A stretch of 58,166 bases of DNA from a virus (Duplodnaviria; Caudoviricetes). The notes below the pieces were generated by a model. That model searched no databases and had not been told where the DNA came from. It was given only the letters and a program-made list of their open reading frames with translations. The stretch covers positions 1 to 58,166 of the IMG/VR virus record IMGVR_UViG_3300010371_000006, one strand, 5' to 3'. Below are positions 17,087-26,130 of the stretch, piece after piece. Position 1 is the first letter of the stretch. Each line of letters begins with the position of its first letter. The translations under genes and the position numbers were made by a program.

Positions 17087-19609
17087 CTAGGCAACCAACC
17101 CCATCTTGTCGAGGGTCGTGAAGTTGTAGATCTGGTCTTCGGTGAGCTCCTTCGAGTCGCCCCAGTGCCGCCCGACCTTGACGTCGGCGATGATCGGGAT
17201 GTCCATCTCAAGGCCGAAGAGTCGGTGCATGTTGTCCATATCCTGCATGGACTCCTTCAGCAGAACCATCGCTTCGCCGGCGATCTCATCATCTGCCTCG
17301 ATGTTGATCGCGTCGTGCACGAGCCCGAGCACTGCGACTCGGTCTTGAAGATCTCTCTCCTCGAGCCGCTGGTTGAAGAGATTCATGCCGGCGAGTGCCA
17401 TATCGGAGGCGAGCCCCTGCACAGGCGAGTTGATCGCCTGTCGCTCAGCCTCTGCACGAACCCCCGCCTCAGGCGAGTAGATGTCGGGCAGGTGTCGGAT
17501 TCGCCCGATGGGCGACTGCACCCGGCCGTTGGCGGCGACCAATCGGCGCTGACGGTTGTGCCAAGATTCGAGATCAGGATAGAGATCGAAGTACGCCTTA
17601 CGGTATTGCTGAGCCTCGTACTCAGTGAACTTGACCCCATAGTTGTTGAACGCGGTGATGATGAACTTTCGCCAGCCCATCCCATAGAGGAAGCCGAAGT
17701 TCACTGGCTTGGCCTTCTTGCGTTCTTCCTTCGTGACGTGCTTCTCGCTCTTGCCCGTCATGCGCATGGCGGTGACCATGTGAATGTCTGCGCCCTGGCG
17801 GTAGAGCGACATCATCATGCGCTCACGGGCTATGAACGCAGCGACCCTAAGCTCGATCTGAGAGAAGTCAGCTTCGATCCATGTTCTGCCAGGAGTCGCT
17901 CCGAAGAGACCACGAATAAACGGGTCTCTTGGTACCTGCTGGAGATTGAGTCCGCGCAGCGCAGAAGTTCTGCCACTGAGCTTTGAAGCATCTTCCTTAC
18001 CGCTACTAAGCCGCCCGGTGACAGTGCCGGCCAACTTGAACGAGGTGTGGACATGGTGGGTGTCATCATAGAGCGTCGAATACGGGCCGAAGAACGACGA
18101 CATGGCCTTCTGCCATTCGATGCGAGCCAGCATACTCGGCACGACAGGGTGTGGATTTGGCACGTCGTTGAGTAGGAGTAGAACTCCCTCAGCCATGCTT
18201 GGATCGCCGGGCCGGCCATCAGGTTTCTCTTTACCTCGAGCCAGTACAGGTAGCCCGAGATGTTCGAAGAGGAGCCACTTGGAGAAGATTGAAGCGTTGA
18301 GATTAACCTCCACCTTCTTGCCAGCTTTGTTCCTCGGCCACGTTTCGATGTCGGCGTCGGGAATGTGCAGCCTGACCTGGCTCTCGATCTCGTCGAGCTT
18401 AGCCTGGGCGATCGGGGTGCGTTCGCGTAGCCTCTCGACGTCAATCCAGACACCATGACCCTCCGCGGTCGTGAGATTGTTGCTCGCCGGCATCATCAAC
18501 TTCATGAAGATACGCAGCAGGCGAGGCTGGGCGATCAGCTCTTCGCGGAGCTGGAGATAGATCAAGTAGCCGTAGTAAGTGTCGAGGAAGTTGTACTCGA
18601 GCACCTCATCTATCGCCATCTCCAAGAGGTTCTTCGTGTCGACGCCCCATGGTGCGACGCCAAGACGCATCTGCCCCTGGGGCTTGAGGCCTTTCTGCAC
18701 ATTCTCATCGAGTAGATGCACAGCAAGCATGGTGTCGAATGATAGTTCAAGTTTGACCCCGGTGAATCTTCGGAGCCACCTGCAGTCGAACTTACCGTTG
18801 TGAGCGATGCGAATCTTGATCTTCGCCATGATGGGTACGATATGGCGGAGCACGGATCGCCAGGTAGTACGCCAGGGTGACTCAGGGTGGAAGAGTGGCA
18901 GTTTGAATCCGAGCAGCTCGCCGTCGACCATATAGGTTCCACACATCGAGATGATGCGCGCGCTCGGGTCGAACTCTTGCAGTGGGACGATGTTGGTCTC
19001 GATGTCGAAGTAGATCAGTGAGGCCTTCTTGAGTCGGCCCATGAGCTGTGAGAGATCACGCTTCGACTCGATCACCTTGGCGGGGATGATCTCGACCTGA
19101 TCTGCCTGCTGCCCACTCACAAGTGTGGAGAAGAACTTCAGATCGGCCTGGTAGCTGGGCCGGTTCTGAGGTCGAGCGAGCACCGCTGAGGGGGATATCG
19201 TCGGAAAGACTATGTATCCGTCCTTCTCAACAGGGCGGCCTCGATACTTGGTGATGCCGCTGTGACCCGTTGTCGACAGTAGCGCCTCGTTGCCCAGTGA
19301 GAGGATGTACTTGGGCTTGACCTGAGCTATCTCGGCTTCAAGATACTGTCGGCAGGCCTTCACATCCGAGTTACTCGCGTTGGCGTCGAAGTTCCGGCAC
19401 TTCAGCGCGGTTGACCACCAGACCCGCCTCAGGTCCACCCCAGCCTGCGCGAGGTCTTCCTCGAGCGCATCCTGATAGCGTTTGGAGTTTGGCATCTTCG
19501 ACACCACCATGATGTCGGCCTGCTTCGGTCCGAAGCCCGGCTCGCAGACTTCGTCCATCCCGCGATGAAGCTTGCAGGCGGTGCAACTGGAATTGTAGAT
19601 CATCTGCAC
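17087..19609 (-). CDS. Family A DNA polymerase with N-terminal UDG family 4-like domain and 3'-5' exonuclease
   Basis: FDIET, AHNGKFD and YNFLD (exonuclease); TGRLSS, NLQQVP, ADFSQIELR, RKKAKPVNFGFLYG and VHDA (polymerase); N-terminal CTAC...KC...AC. Confidence 0.95.
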   Translation of the reverse strand: MQMIYNSSCTACKLHRGMDEVCEPGFGPKQADIMVVSKMPNSKRYQDALEEDLAQAGVDLRRVWWSTALKCRNFDANASNSDVKACRQYLEAEIAQVKPKYILSLGNEALLSTTGHSGITKYRGRPVEKDGYIVFPTISPSAVLARPQNRPSYQADLKFFSTLVSGQQADQVEIIPAKVIESKRDLSQLMGRLKKASLIYFDIETNIVPLQEFDPSARIISMCGTYMVDGELLGFKLPLFHPESPWRTTWRSVLRHIVPIMAKIKIRIAHNGKFDCRWLRRFTGVKLELSFDTMLAVHLLDENVQKGLKPQGQMRLGVAPWGVDTKNLLEMAIDEVLEYNFLDTYYGYLIYLQLREELIAQPRLLRIFMKLMMPASNNLTTAEGHGVWIDVERLRERTPIAQAKLDEIESQVRLHIPDADIETWPRNKAGKKVEVNLNASIFSKWLLFEHLGLPVLARGKEKPDGRPGDPSMAEGVLLLLNDVPNPHPVVPSMLARIEWQKAMSSFFGPYSTLYDDTHHVHTSFKLAGTVTGRLSSGKEDASKLSGRTSALRGLNLQQVPRDPFIRGLFGATPGRTWIEADFSQIELRVAAFIARERMMMSLYRQGADIHMVTAMRMTGKSEKHVTKEERKKAKPVNFGFLYGMGWRKFIITAFNNYGVKFTEYEAQQYRKAYFDLYPDLESWHNRQRRLVAANGRVQSPIGRIRHLPDIYSPEAGVRAEAERQAINSPVQGLASDMALAGMNLFNQRLEERDLQDRVAVLGLVHDAINIEADDEIAGEAMVLLKESMQDMDNMHRLFGLEMDIPIIADVKVGRHWGDSKELTEDQIYNFTTLDKMGLVA

Positions 19610-19827
19610 CATTCGCACTTTCTATGTGTGTGGCTGTGTTTCTCTTGACCCTCGGGATGAGTGTGGGCGAAATAGCCCCCACACCTGGCGAGATGCTCGT
19701 GCCAGTTCGGTCCGAACTTCTCGCCAGGAAAGAGGCCTACCAACTTCTCTCGGTCGCCCGACCACTCATCAACACCGTAGCCCTTGTCAGGAGCTATGTC
19801 GGGCGCCTTAGTGCCACGATCTTTCAT
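19600..19827 (-). CDS. Hypothetical protein
   Basis: ATGA-coupled to the deaminase gene. Confidence 0.5.
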   Translation of the reverse strand: MKDRGTKAPDIAPDKGYGVDEWSGDREKLVGLFPGEKFGPNWHEHLARCGGYFAHTHPEGQEKHSHTHRKCEWCR

Positions 19828-20324
19828 GTACCAAATTTTACCACACTCAGGCCGCCGGATCTAAGGAGGTCCTGCCCCTCGTGAGATCGGTAGGTCTCCA
19901 GGTACTGGACCTCCACTATGCCCGCATTGATAATGAGCTGAGCGCAGGCATAGCAAGGAGTCAGCGTGGAGAACAACCTCGCGCCGGCGAGTGCGATGCC
20001 GTTACGTGCAGCGAAGGCGATGGCGTTGGCTTCACCATGTACTGCGATCTTGCACGGCGTCTGAGTAGCGCAGGTCGTCGCGTGCAACTGGACTCGACGG
20101 TACGGAGCTTTATTCTCGCAGTTGCACCGGTGGTCGCAGTGGGGCATGCCCGACGGCGCGCCGTTGTAGCCGGTGCAGAGGATGCGATTGTCGGCCGAGG
20201 CGATCACTACTCCTACGTTGTTGCGGTCGCAGGTGGATCGTCGCGCCCAGACCTGGGCGCTGTGCATAAGCGTCTCCTCGATCGGGGGACGTTTGCGCGG
20301 GGGGAAATTATCGGTGACGGTCAT
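19824..20324 (-). CDS. dCMP deaminase
   Basis: RSTC.R..VG, TGYNGAP, VHGEANAI, PCYAC. Confidence 0.92.
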   Translation of the reverse strand: MTVTDNFPPRKRPPIEETLMHSAQVWARRSTCDRNNVGVVIASADNRILCTGYNGAPSGMPHCDHRCNCENKAPYRRVQLHATTCATQTPCKIAVHGEANAIAFAARNGIALAGARLFSTLTPCYACAQLIINAGIVEVQYLETYRSHEGQDLLRSGGLSVVKFGT

Positions 20325-21202
20325 CTCAAGCTCCTAAGCAAGCTCTCAGACTTCCTACGGCCGTACCCATCAGCGAATTGCTCGAGCGCATGCAAGTCGC
20401 CAGCGAAGCAGTGCATGGACATGGTGTGCATAGTCAGGTTGCCCATCATGACCTTGGGATTACTGACATCCAGGTTGAACTGGTGGTTGACCCACTGGGC
20501 GAGACGAATCGCCATGTAGACGTCGTCGCGGAAGTGTCGAACGAAGTCGACCGCCCGTATCAGATACGTGACGTGAAGCTGGTTGTCACGTATCATGAAG
20601 TGGTAGCCGAGAGTACATGGCACTCGCTGACCCTGAGTGGCACCCGTGTCCTCGGAGAACCATACGGGCAGATAAGCCTGACGGGTCTCGGGATCCTTGA
20701 TCAACAAGTTAACCACGTCACGCAAGTCACCAAGCTGAAACCGGATACCTGCCTGGGGTCCAGCCGGGCACATTTCATCGGCTCGGGCTGTGCTGCAGTA
20801 CCCAGAGATATCGTGGCCCGCGTGCCTGGGCCAGAATCGCTCGGGGTATGTGTGGGAAAATTGACCCCAGTGGTCCGTATGGCTACTGTGACCTGCCTGA
20901 GCATGGGGCCAATGAGCTGCGCTCGGAGGCGGATTCAGAGGCACACCTCCGACCCGCTCTTGGAAGTGGTCCTCCGCCCACGGCAGGTTAGGCTGGGTGT
21001 AACTGGCGGCGACGTCCTTGCGTGCCGGCATGTTCATCTCGAAGATGACGTTCTGGAGCTCGATCGGTACCATGTCAGGCTGGGTACGTATGTCCTGCCC
21101 CTGCCATCGTGTGGAACCCTCGACCCGCTGGCCCAACGCCAGCAGGCGCTGAGCGATGTCCTCATAGATCTGAGGAAAGCTGTGTGAACTGATGACGTGC
21201 AC
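20321..21202 (-). CDS. Thymidylate-synthase-fold enzyme 1 (dCMP hydroxymethylase-like)
   Basis: DPETRQA, VPCTLGYHF, RAVDFVRHFRDD, SMH; GTG start after GAAGGAGG. Confidence 0.85.
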   Translation of the reverse strand: MHVISSHSFPQIYEDIAQRLLALGQRVEGSTRWQGQDIRTQPDMVPIELQNVIFEMNMPARKDVAASYTQPNLPWAEDHFQERVGGVPLNPPPSAAHWPHAQAGHSSHTDHWGQFSHTYPERFWPRHAGHDISGYCSTARADEMCPAGPQAGIRFQLGDLRDVVNLLIKDPETRQAYLPVWFSEDTGATQGQRVPCTLGYHFMIRDNQLHVTYLIRAVDFVRHFRDDVYMAIRLAQWVNHQFNLDVSNPKVMMGNLTMHTMSMHCFAGDLHALEQFADGYGRRKSESLLRSLR

Positions 21203-21459
21203 TATGCCCTCCTTCTCTTGATAGCGATACCTGCGTTCATCTGACTCCTCATCTGCAGCCGGTGACGGATCTCGATCAGCTGCAGAGTCTGTACCAGATA
21301 GGCCGCGTCCTTCATCGTGGGGTAGGTCATGATGTGGATCTTGTGCTGCGGTGAGCCTTCGATCCATCGTACAACATCCCACTGATCGCCGCTAGGCTCC
21401 GCGGCGAACTCGTAGACGATGCCCTCGTTGAGGGCGACTCCGCTGCTACCCTTCGCCAT
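21202..21459 (-). CDS. Hypothetical protein between the two TS-fold genes
   Basis: Fills the gap and is coupled to both neighbours; start inferred. Confidence 0.55.
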   Translation of the reverse strand: MAKGSSGVALNEGIVYEFAAEPSGDQWDVVRWIEGSPQHKIHIMTYPTMKDAAYLVQTLQLIEIRHRLQMRSQMNAGIAIKRRRA

Positions 21460-22510
21460 CCTCTTCATCCTCCCCACACAAGATGCAGAACGCATCCGAC
21501 GTCTCGATTTCGTCGAGCGCCTTCGGCATCTCGCCGGGCTTGAACTTGATCGGCGAGAGATCGAGACCCGACGTCCAGCAGTTGGGCAGAGGCTTGTAGG
21601 CGGCGAAGAACTCCCGCTCCTGCCCAGCCTTCTCGTGGCCATTCTTGTAGTAGGAGTAACCTTCGAACTCCTGGGCCTTCTTGTGCCCGAGCACCTCGGT
21701 GTGCCACCGCCGGCGGACTCGCCGGTAGGTGTTGTACGTTGTGTCGCCGAGCGTGTAGCCGAGCTGATCCTCTTTGCGGACCATGTTCAGCCACCGCCGA
21801 GAGATGTTCATCGCCGGCGTGGTAGCCAGCGCCATCATCTCGGGATTGTCGTCCCAGGCGCTGAGCTTCTTGAGCAGAATCCTGCGGTACAGCGAACGGA
21901 TGTCTTCGTCGGTGTTGGTCAGGGCGAAGGGCAGCGACTTGAAAGCGTGCCACTGCACCGACTCGGCCATCCACACGAATCGGAAGTCGCTCATCTGCAG
22001 CTTGAGCTGCTGGGCGAGGTATCGCGCCAGCACTTCGGCGATCGTGAAGTCCAGCGCCGAGAGGTACCCGAGATAGGATGTGCGACTGTGGAGTGTGATG
22101 GTCGGCTGGGGCTTCGCGCGATAGCTGATGCTCAGCATGCACGAGCCCCATCGCCGGGTCTCCATGTTGGTGTGACCTGTGGCGGCACCCCCGCGCGGCT
22201 TGACCACTCGGGTACGCAGCACTGCCTGGCCCCGGTCGCGGCGACCGATGCGGTTGACGCACTGGCTCATCCAGACCGCCACATCGAGCGGGTCGAGGTA
22301 CTGCCGGACCATCATGGACCATCGGGAGCTGGTGAGCCACAACGACTTGAGGTCGAAGTCCCACTCCATCGAGTCGGCCTGACCGACAATGTTGTCGATG
22401 GTCACGTCGACGTTCGAGATAACCCCGAGCTGCTCCCTCGGCGCTTGCATGATGTCCAAACACATCTTAGTGTGCAGGGCGTTCATGTCTTCGGCCGTGT
22501 AAGTCTTCAC
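21446..22510 (-). CDS. Divergent thymidylate-synthase-fold protein 2
   Basis: GSCMLSISY...ITLHSRTSYLGYLSALD...FRFVW parallels the TS pattern PC...QF...QRS.D......N...FVW. Confidence 0.6.
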   Translation of the reverse strand: MKTYTAEDMNALHTKMCLDIMQAPREQLGVISNVDVTIDNIVGQADSMEWDFDLKSLWLTSSRWSMMVRQYLDPLDVAVWMSQCVNRIGRRDRGQAVLRTRVVKPRGGAATGHTNMETRRWGSCMLSISYRAKPQPTITLHSRTSYLGYLSALDFTIAEVLARYLAQQLKLQMSDFRFVWMAESVQWHAFKSLPFALTNTDEDIRSLYRRILLKKLSAWDDNPEMMALATTPAMNISRRWLNMVRKEDQLGYTLGDTTYNTYRRVRRRWHTEVLGHKKAQEFEGYSYYKNGHEKAGQEREFFAAYKPLPNCWTSGLDLSPIKFKPGEMPKALDEIETSDAFCILCGEDEEDGEG

Positions 22511-22647
22511 TAGAACCCTTCGATGATCTTGATGGCCAGGTAGACGACGCATAGGAATGCGAGAAGGAGACCGCCCCCGCAGATCACGAGGGCGGCCACC
22601 TGCCCGAAGACCTTGGCTACCCTAGTAGCCGGTGGTCTGTCGCTCAC
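22510..22647 (-). CDS. Small membrane protein (45 aa, below the ORF-track cutoff)
   Basis: MSDRPPATRVAKVFGQVAALVICGGGLLLAFLCVVYLAIKIIEGF; TAGTG coupling to the TS2 gene. Confidence 0.5.
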   Translation of the reverse strand: MSDRPPATRVAKVFGQVAALVICGGGLLLAFLCVVYLAIKIIEGF

Positions 22648-23110
22648 GGTTCTTCTCCCAGGCGTGGAAGTAGCCCCAGAACAGGTCGTTCGGCGTGATG
22701 CCGGCGACGATGCAGAACTCGATGAAAAAGTGCAGGGTGTCCGAGACCTCCTCGACGAACTCCTGCCGATCGGTCGGCCGGGGGTTGTCCTTCCAGGGCT
22801 TCATGTCGAGATGGCTCATGGCCTCGGCCATCTCGCGGGACATGAAGCCGTAGAGGCTGTGGAGGCGCATCTGCACGGTGCGGGACTCGAGGATGCCGTG
22901 GTCGTCGACCTCGGGCATGGGCTCGCCGTTGCGCTTCTCCTGCTCGTGGTACTTCTGCATGAGCGCGGTCTGGCCGGCGAAGATGGTCGCCAGCATGTCG
23001 TAGGTGTGGCGCTGCGGGTATCCGTCCTCCACACGGTTGGCGGGGACGAACGGCACGCCGGACTTGCTGGAGTTCTCGTTGTCTTCGGGGTCGGCGGGTA
23101 TCTCGATCAT
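22622..23110 (-). CDS. All-alpha dimeric dUTPase/dCTPase (MazG superfamily)
   Basis: EMAE....KPWK...EEVSDTLHF. Confidence 0.85.
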   Translation of the reverse strand: MIEIPADPEDNENSSKSGVPFVPANRVEDGYPQRHTYDMLATIFAGQTALMQKYHEQEKRNGEPMPEVDDHGILESRTVQMRLHSLYGFMSREMAEAMSHLDMKPWKDNPRPTDRQEFVEEVSDTLHFFIEFCIVAGITPNDLFWGYFHAWEKNRERQTTGY

Positions 23111-23655
23111 CTGTGGATCCATTTCTTGTAGGTCTGGTCGAAGTGGTCGAGCCACTGGGACATGTCGTGCTCGTCGTACTTGTAGACCAGCTGATACTGC
23201 TGGCCCATCTCCCACAGGGCGGTCCATCGCGCGATCTCGGCCATGTAGCCCCGGTAGATCTTGCCGATGAACGGCCGGACGAACTCGTTCTCCTTGCCGG
23301 CGCAGTTCTTCTCGACGACGTCGAAGTTCGGCATGCACCAGATGATGAGCGGCTTGAGCGAGTAGAACTCAGCGATCTGGGACCGCAGCCAGTCGACATC
23401 CCAGAAGGTCTCGTCGCGGTTGCCGCCGATGGCGAGCGAGTAGATCGGCTCCGAGATCAGGCGGTGCCGGTCGTACAAGATCTCCGGTTCGCCGATGTCC
23501 TTCTGGAGATTCTGCTCGACCCAGAGCCGCAGGTTAGTGAGCGGGTTGGTGTTCTGATCGACTACCCGAGCAGCTACGGGCAGCTTGTACACCTTGGCTA
23601 GGTGTTTGATGAGCGTGGTCTTGCCGGCCCCATCGGGACCCTCGAGTATGATCAC
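23107..23655 (-). CDS. dNMP/thymidylate kinase-like protein
   Basis: IILEGPDGAGKTT; YDRH..SEPIY. Confidence 0.88.
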   Translation of the reverse strand: MIILEGPDGAGKTTLIKHLAKVYKLPVAARVVDQNTNPLTNLRLWVEQNLQKDIGEPEILYDRHRLISEPIYSLAIGGNRDETFWDVDWLRSQIAEFYSLKPLIIWCMPNFDVVEKNCAGKENEFVRPFIGKIYRGYMAEIARWTALWEMGQQYQLVYKYDEHDMSQWLDHFDQTYKKWIHR

Positions 23656-23996
23656 TTTCGGGCCACCAGAGCCCGGACGATCTTACCCACCCCGTAGCAG
23701 GCGGCGTCCGGATGGGTCGTCTCACCCCGGTAGTGCAGGAGTGCTCGGCCACTCTCGTTGGCCGGCACAGTCTGCAGGCACTCGGGACACCTGCCCTCGT
23801 GGGTGGCCGGGTGCTCGGGCGGTGCGGGCTTGTTACTACCCCGCTCGAAGTAGATGTAGATCGGGTTGTTGCCGTTGCGGTTGTTGGCGATCGGCTCGTC
23901 CGCGTCATAGCCCTCGGCGCGACCCGCCTGGATCAATGCCTCGAGATCGCCGAGCGTCTCGACGACGATGCCTATTCGACGATGTATCTCACTCAT
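23652..23996 (-). CDS. Hypothetical protein with zinc-ribbon-like C-terminus
   Basis: RBS AAGGAGGT; CPEC...H...C. Confidence 0.6.
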   Translation of the reverse strand: MSEIHRRIGIVVETLGDLEALIQAGRAEGYDADEPIANNRNGNNPIYIYFERGSNKPAPPEHPATHEGRCPECLQTVPANESGRALLHYRGETTHPDAACYGVGKIVRALVARK

Positions 23997-24048
23997 GGGT
24001 GGTACCTCCTTCACTACATACTCTATCATCGAGTCGACGGTTAGTAAA

Positions 24049-25533
24049 CTACGAGCTGAGACCGAGAAGCAGTCGGGGGCTGGCCATGATCCGCTTGGCC
24101 ACATCGCCGTCGCCCTGGAGCGTGTCGTAGATCGCCTCTTCGACCGTATCGCGCGCTACGAAATATACGTATCGGGTGCCCTTCGGATTCAGGGCGATGC
24201 GGTCCTCAGCCTGGGTGTAGTCGACGTAGGAGTTGGTCAGAGAGAACCAGATGAAGGTCCCTGACGTCGAGAGATCGATGCCGAGCGATCCTGCCTGAGG
24301 CTGCATGATGAACGCTGCAGCGTCGTCAGTCGCTCGGAAGTCCTTGATGTTCTTGTCGCGATCTGTTCGCTTGACCGCGCCGTACAACATGAAGGTCTTC
24401 ATCTTGAGTCGCTTACAGATCGTCTCGATCGCCAGCAGATCTGCCTTAAACTGTGCGCCGATGACCACCTTCTCGCCCTGCTCGACCAAGTCCTGGAGAT
24501 AGTCTTCGAGCGCATCGAGCTTCTCCTGACCCACCCGGTAGAGTCGGCCCTCGGGGTATTCTTCGGTCGGCAGTGTTCTCGCGACTCCTGAAGCGATCTG
24601 TCGCAATCGAAGAGTCTGGGTGATCACCAAGGCAGCTTCAGTGATCTCGCCAGTCTCGATCTCATGGATCATCTTCTCGGCCATGTCGTTGTAGGCTGGT
24701 CGAGATTTCTCGAGGTCGACATAGACGATCTGGTTATCCACACGGGGGGGCAGATCGAAGCACTCAGCTCGAGTGATCGCGTAGGCGTCCTGGTGAATCT
24801 GCTTGTGCAGCAGATCGGTGTTGTTGTTCTTGACCCAGAGGGAGAAGCCGTTCATCGGCACGAACTTACCGTACGTGGACTTGAACTCTGCGTGACTCAT
24901 GGGGAAGCGCTCGGGGTTCAGGAACTTCCACTGAGCCCAGATGTCGTGCATCCGCTTCTTCTTCGTCACCACAGTACCGGTCATGATCACCCGGTAGTCC
25001 ACCCCCTCGCCAAGCTTAATGATCATCTTGGTCTTTTTGGCGGTGGCGGTCTTGATACGGTGTGACTCGTCGAGCGCGATGAGGTGAGGACCCCAGGCGC
25101 TCAACGCCTTGTAGACGTCGAAGCGACCACCTCGATTCCTCGACCGAACGTCGTAACCGTCCTTGTTCACGTACCTCGCCCCAGGTGTGGAGAGAGCGTC
25201 GTAGTTCAGAATGACCACGTCAAGAATACCTGACTTACGTGGAGGCAGTGCACCCGTCTTACGAGCCTTACGGTCCCACACCGTGATACGGTATGGCACC
25301 GGGCAGTGCATCTCGAACTGATCCTCCCACACCCCAAGCACTGACACCGGGCAGAAGATGATCATTCGCTCTATCCGACCAAGCTGGTGGAGGATGGATG
25401 CGTAGTCGATGACCGTCTTGGTCTTGCCCGTTCTCGGCTCCATCAGCAGGGCGCCACCGAAGCCCGTGGACATCAGCTTGAGGATCGCCTCTACCTGGTG
25501 CTTGTACGGGCGGGTCTTCCACTTATACTTCAC
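24049..25533 (-). CDS. SNF2-family DNA helicase
   Basis: PYKHQ, PRTGKT, LDESH, MTGT, GIDLS, QAEDR. Confidence 0.92.
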   Translation of the reverse strand: MKYKWKTRPYKHQVEAILKLMSTGFGGALLMEPRTGKTKTVIDYASILHQLGRIERMIIFCPVSVLGVWEDQFEMHCPVPYRITVWDRKARKTGALPPRKSGILDVVILNYDALSTPGARYVNKDGYDVRSRNRGGRFDVYKALSAWGPHLIALDESHRIKTATAKKTKMIIKLGEGVDYRVIMTGTVVTKKKRMHDIWAQWKFLNPERFPMSHAEFKSTYGKFVPMNGFSLWVKNNNTDLLHKQIHQDAYAITRAECFDLPPRVDNQIVYVDLEKSRPAYNDMAEKMIHEIETGEITEAALVITQTLRLRQIASGVARTLPTEEYPEGRLYRVGQEKLDALEDYLQDLVEQGEKVVIGAQFKADLLAIETICKRLKMKTFMLYGAVKRTDRDKNIKDFRATDDAAAFIMQPQAGSLGIDLSTSGTFIWFSLTNSYVDYTQAEDRIALNPKGTRYVYFVARDTVEEAIYDTLQGDGDVAKRIMASPRLLLGLSS

Positions 25534-25615
25534 GGACTCACCCTTCTTCTGGCCTGTCAGCGTTCGCCGCTGAATCGCGACCCCATTATATCGCCTGACT
25601 TCTGGGACGAAGATC

Positions 25616-25972
25616 TCACTTGAAGCTAGGGTGGTATCCCTGGTCCCAGAGGGTAAGCTGCTGGACGTATGTGGGCGGCGCCTGAACACTGTGTTCCACA
25701 TCCTTGGAGTCGATCAGGTTCTTGGTCAACTGAGCCCCATAGCCGGCACGGTGGCACTTGTCGTGGACCCACCACCCGAAGAGACGCCCCCTGAGCGACC
25801 TCTTCTCCGCCGGCACCCGACGACCGAAGCGCATCTCGAAGTTGTCGCACTTACAGCGTGCCTTCGGCACCTGGAACATGCCCGCGATACGCGCCGACTT
25901 CAGCGAACTGAACTTCGTCACGAGCTTCTCAGCAGCTTCATCATCATCGACTTCTATCAAAATCAATCGCAT
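25616..25972 (-). CDS. Hypothetical protein (leaderless)
   Basis: ATG 6 nt after the -10 box; CKC...WWVHDKC. Confidence 0.7.
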   Translation of the reverse strand: MRLILIEVDDDEAAEKLVTKFSSLKSARIAGMFQVPKARCKCDNFEMRFGRRVPAEKRSLRGRLFGWWVHDKCHRAGYGAQLTKNLIDSKDVEHSVQAPPTYVQQLTLWDQGYHPSFK

Positions 25973-25978
25973 GCTTAC

Positions 25979-26084
25979 ATGGTATCATTGCGCCTATGAC
26001 CATGTCAACTTCCGTGGCGATATATATAGGCGTGCCGCGCAAGGCTTCCGTCGCCTTGACATGAGGCCCCACCTCGTATAAAGT
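25979..26084. promoter_or_regulatory. Divergent SigA-type promoter pair
   Basis: Minus strand TTGACA-N18-TACCAT (26008-25979); plus strand TTGACA-N17-TAAAGT (26056-26084). Confidence 0.75.
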
Positions 26085-26130
26085 AGGCCTTGTTCAAATC
26101 GATAGCTGATCCACTCATCAGGAGGCGATT

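Noticed and set aside
20321-21202. Ordinary thyA or SPO1-type dUMP hydroxymethylase
   Set aside because: Asp at the Asn177-equivalent position and the presence of ThyX favour a dCMP substrate; disfavoured rather than excluded.
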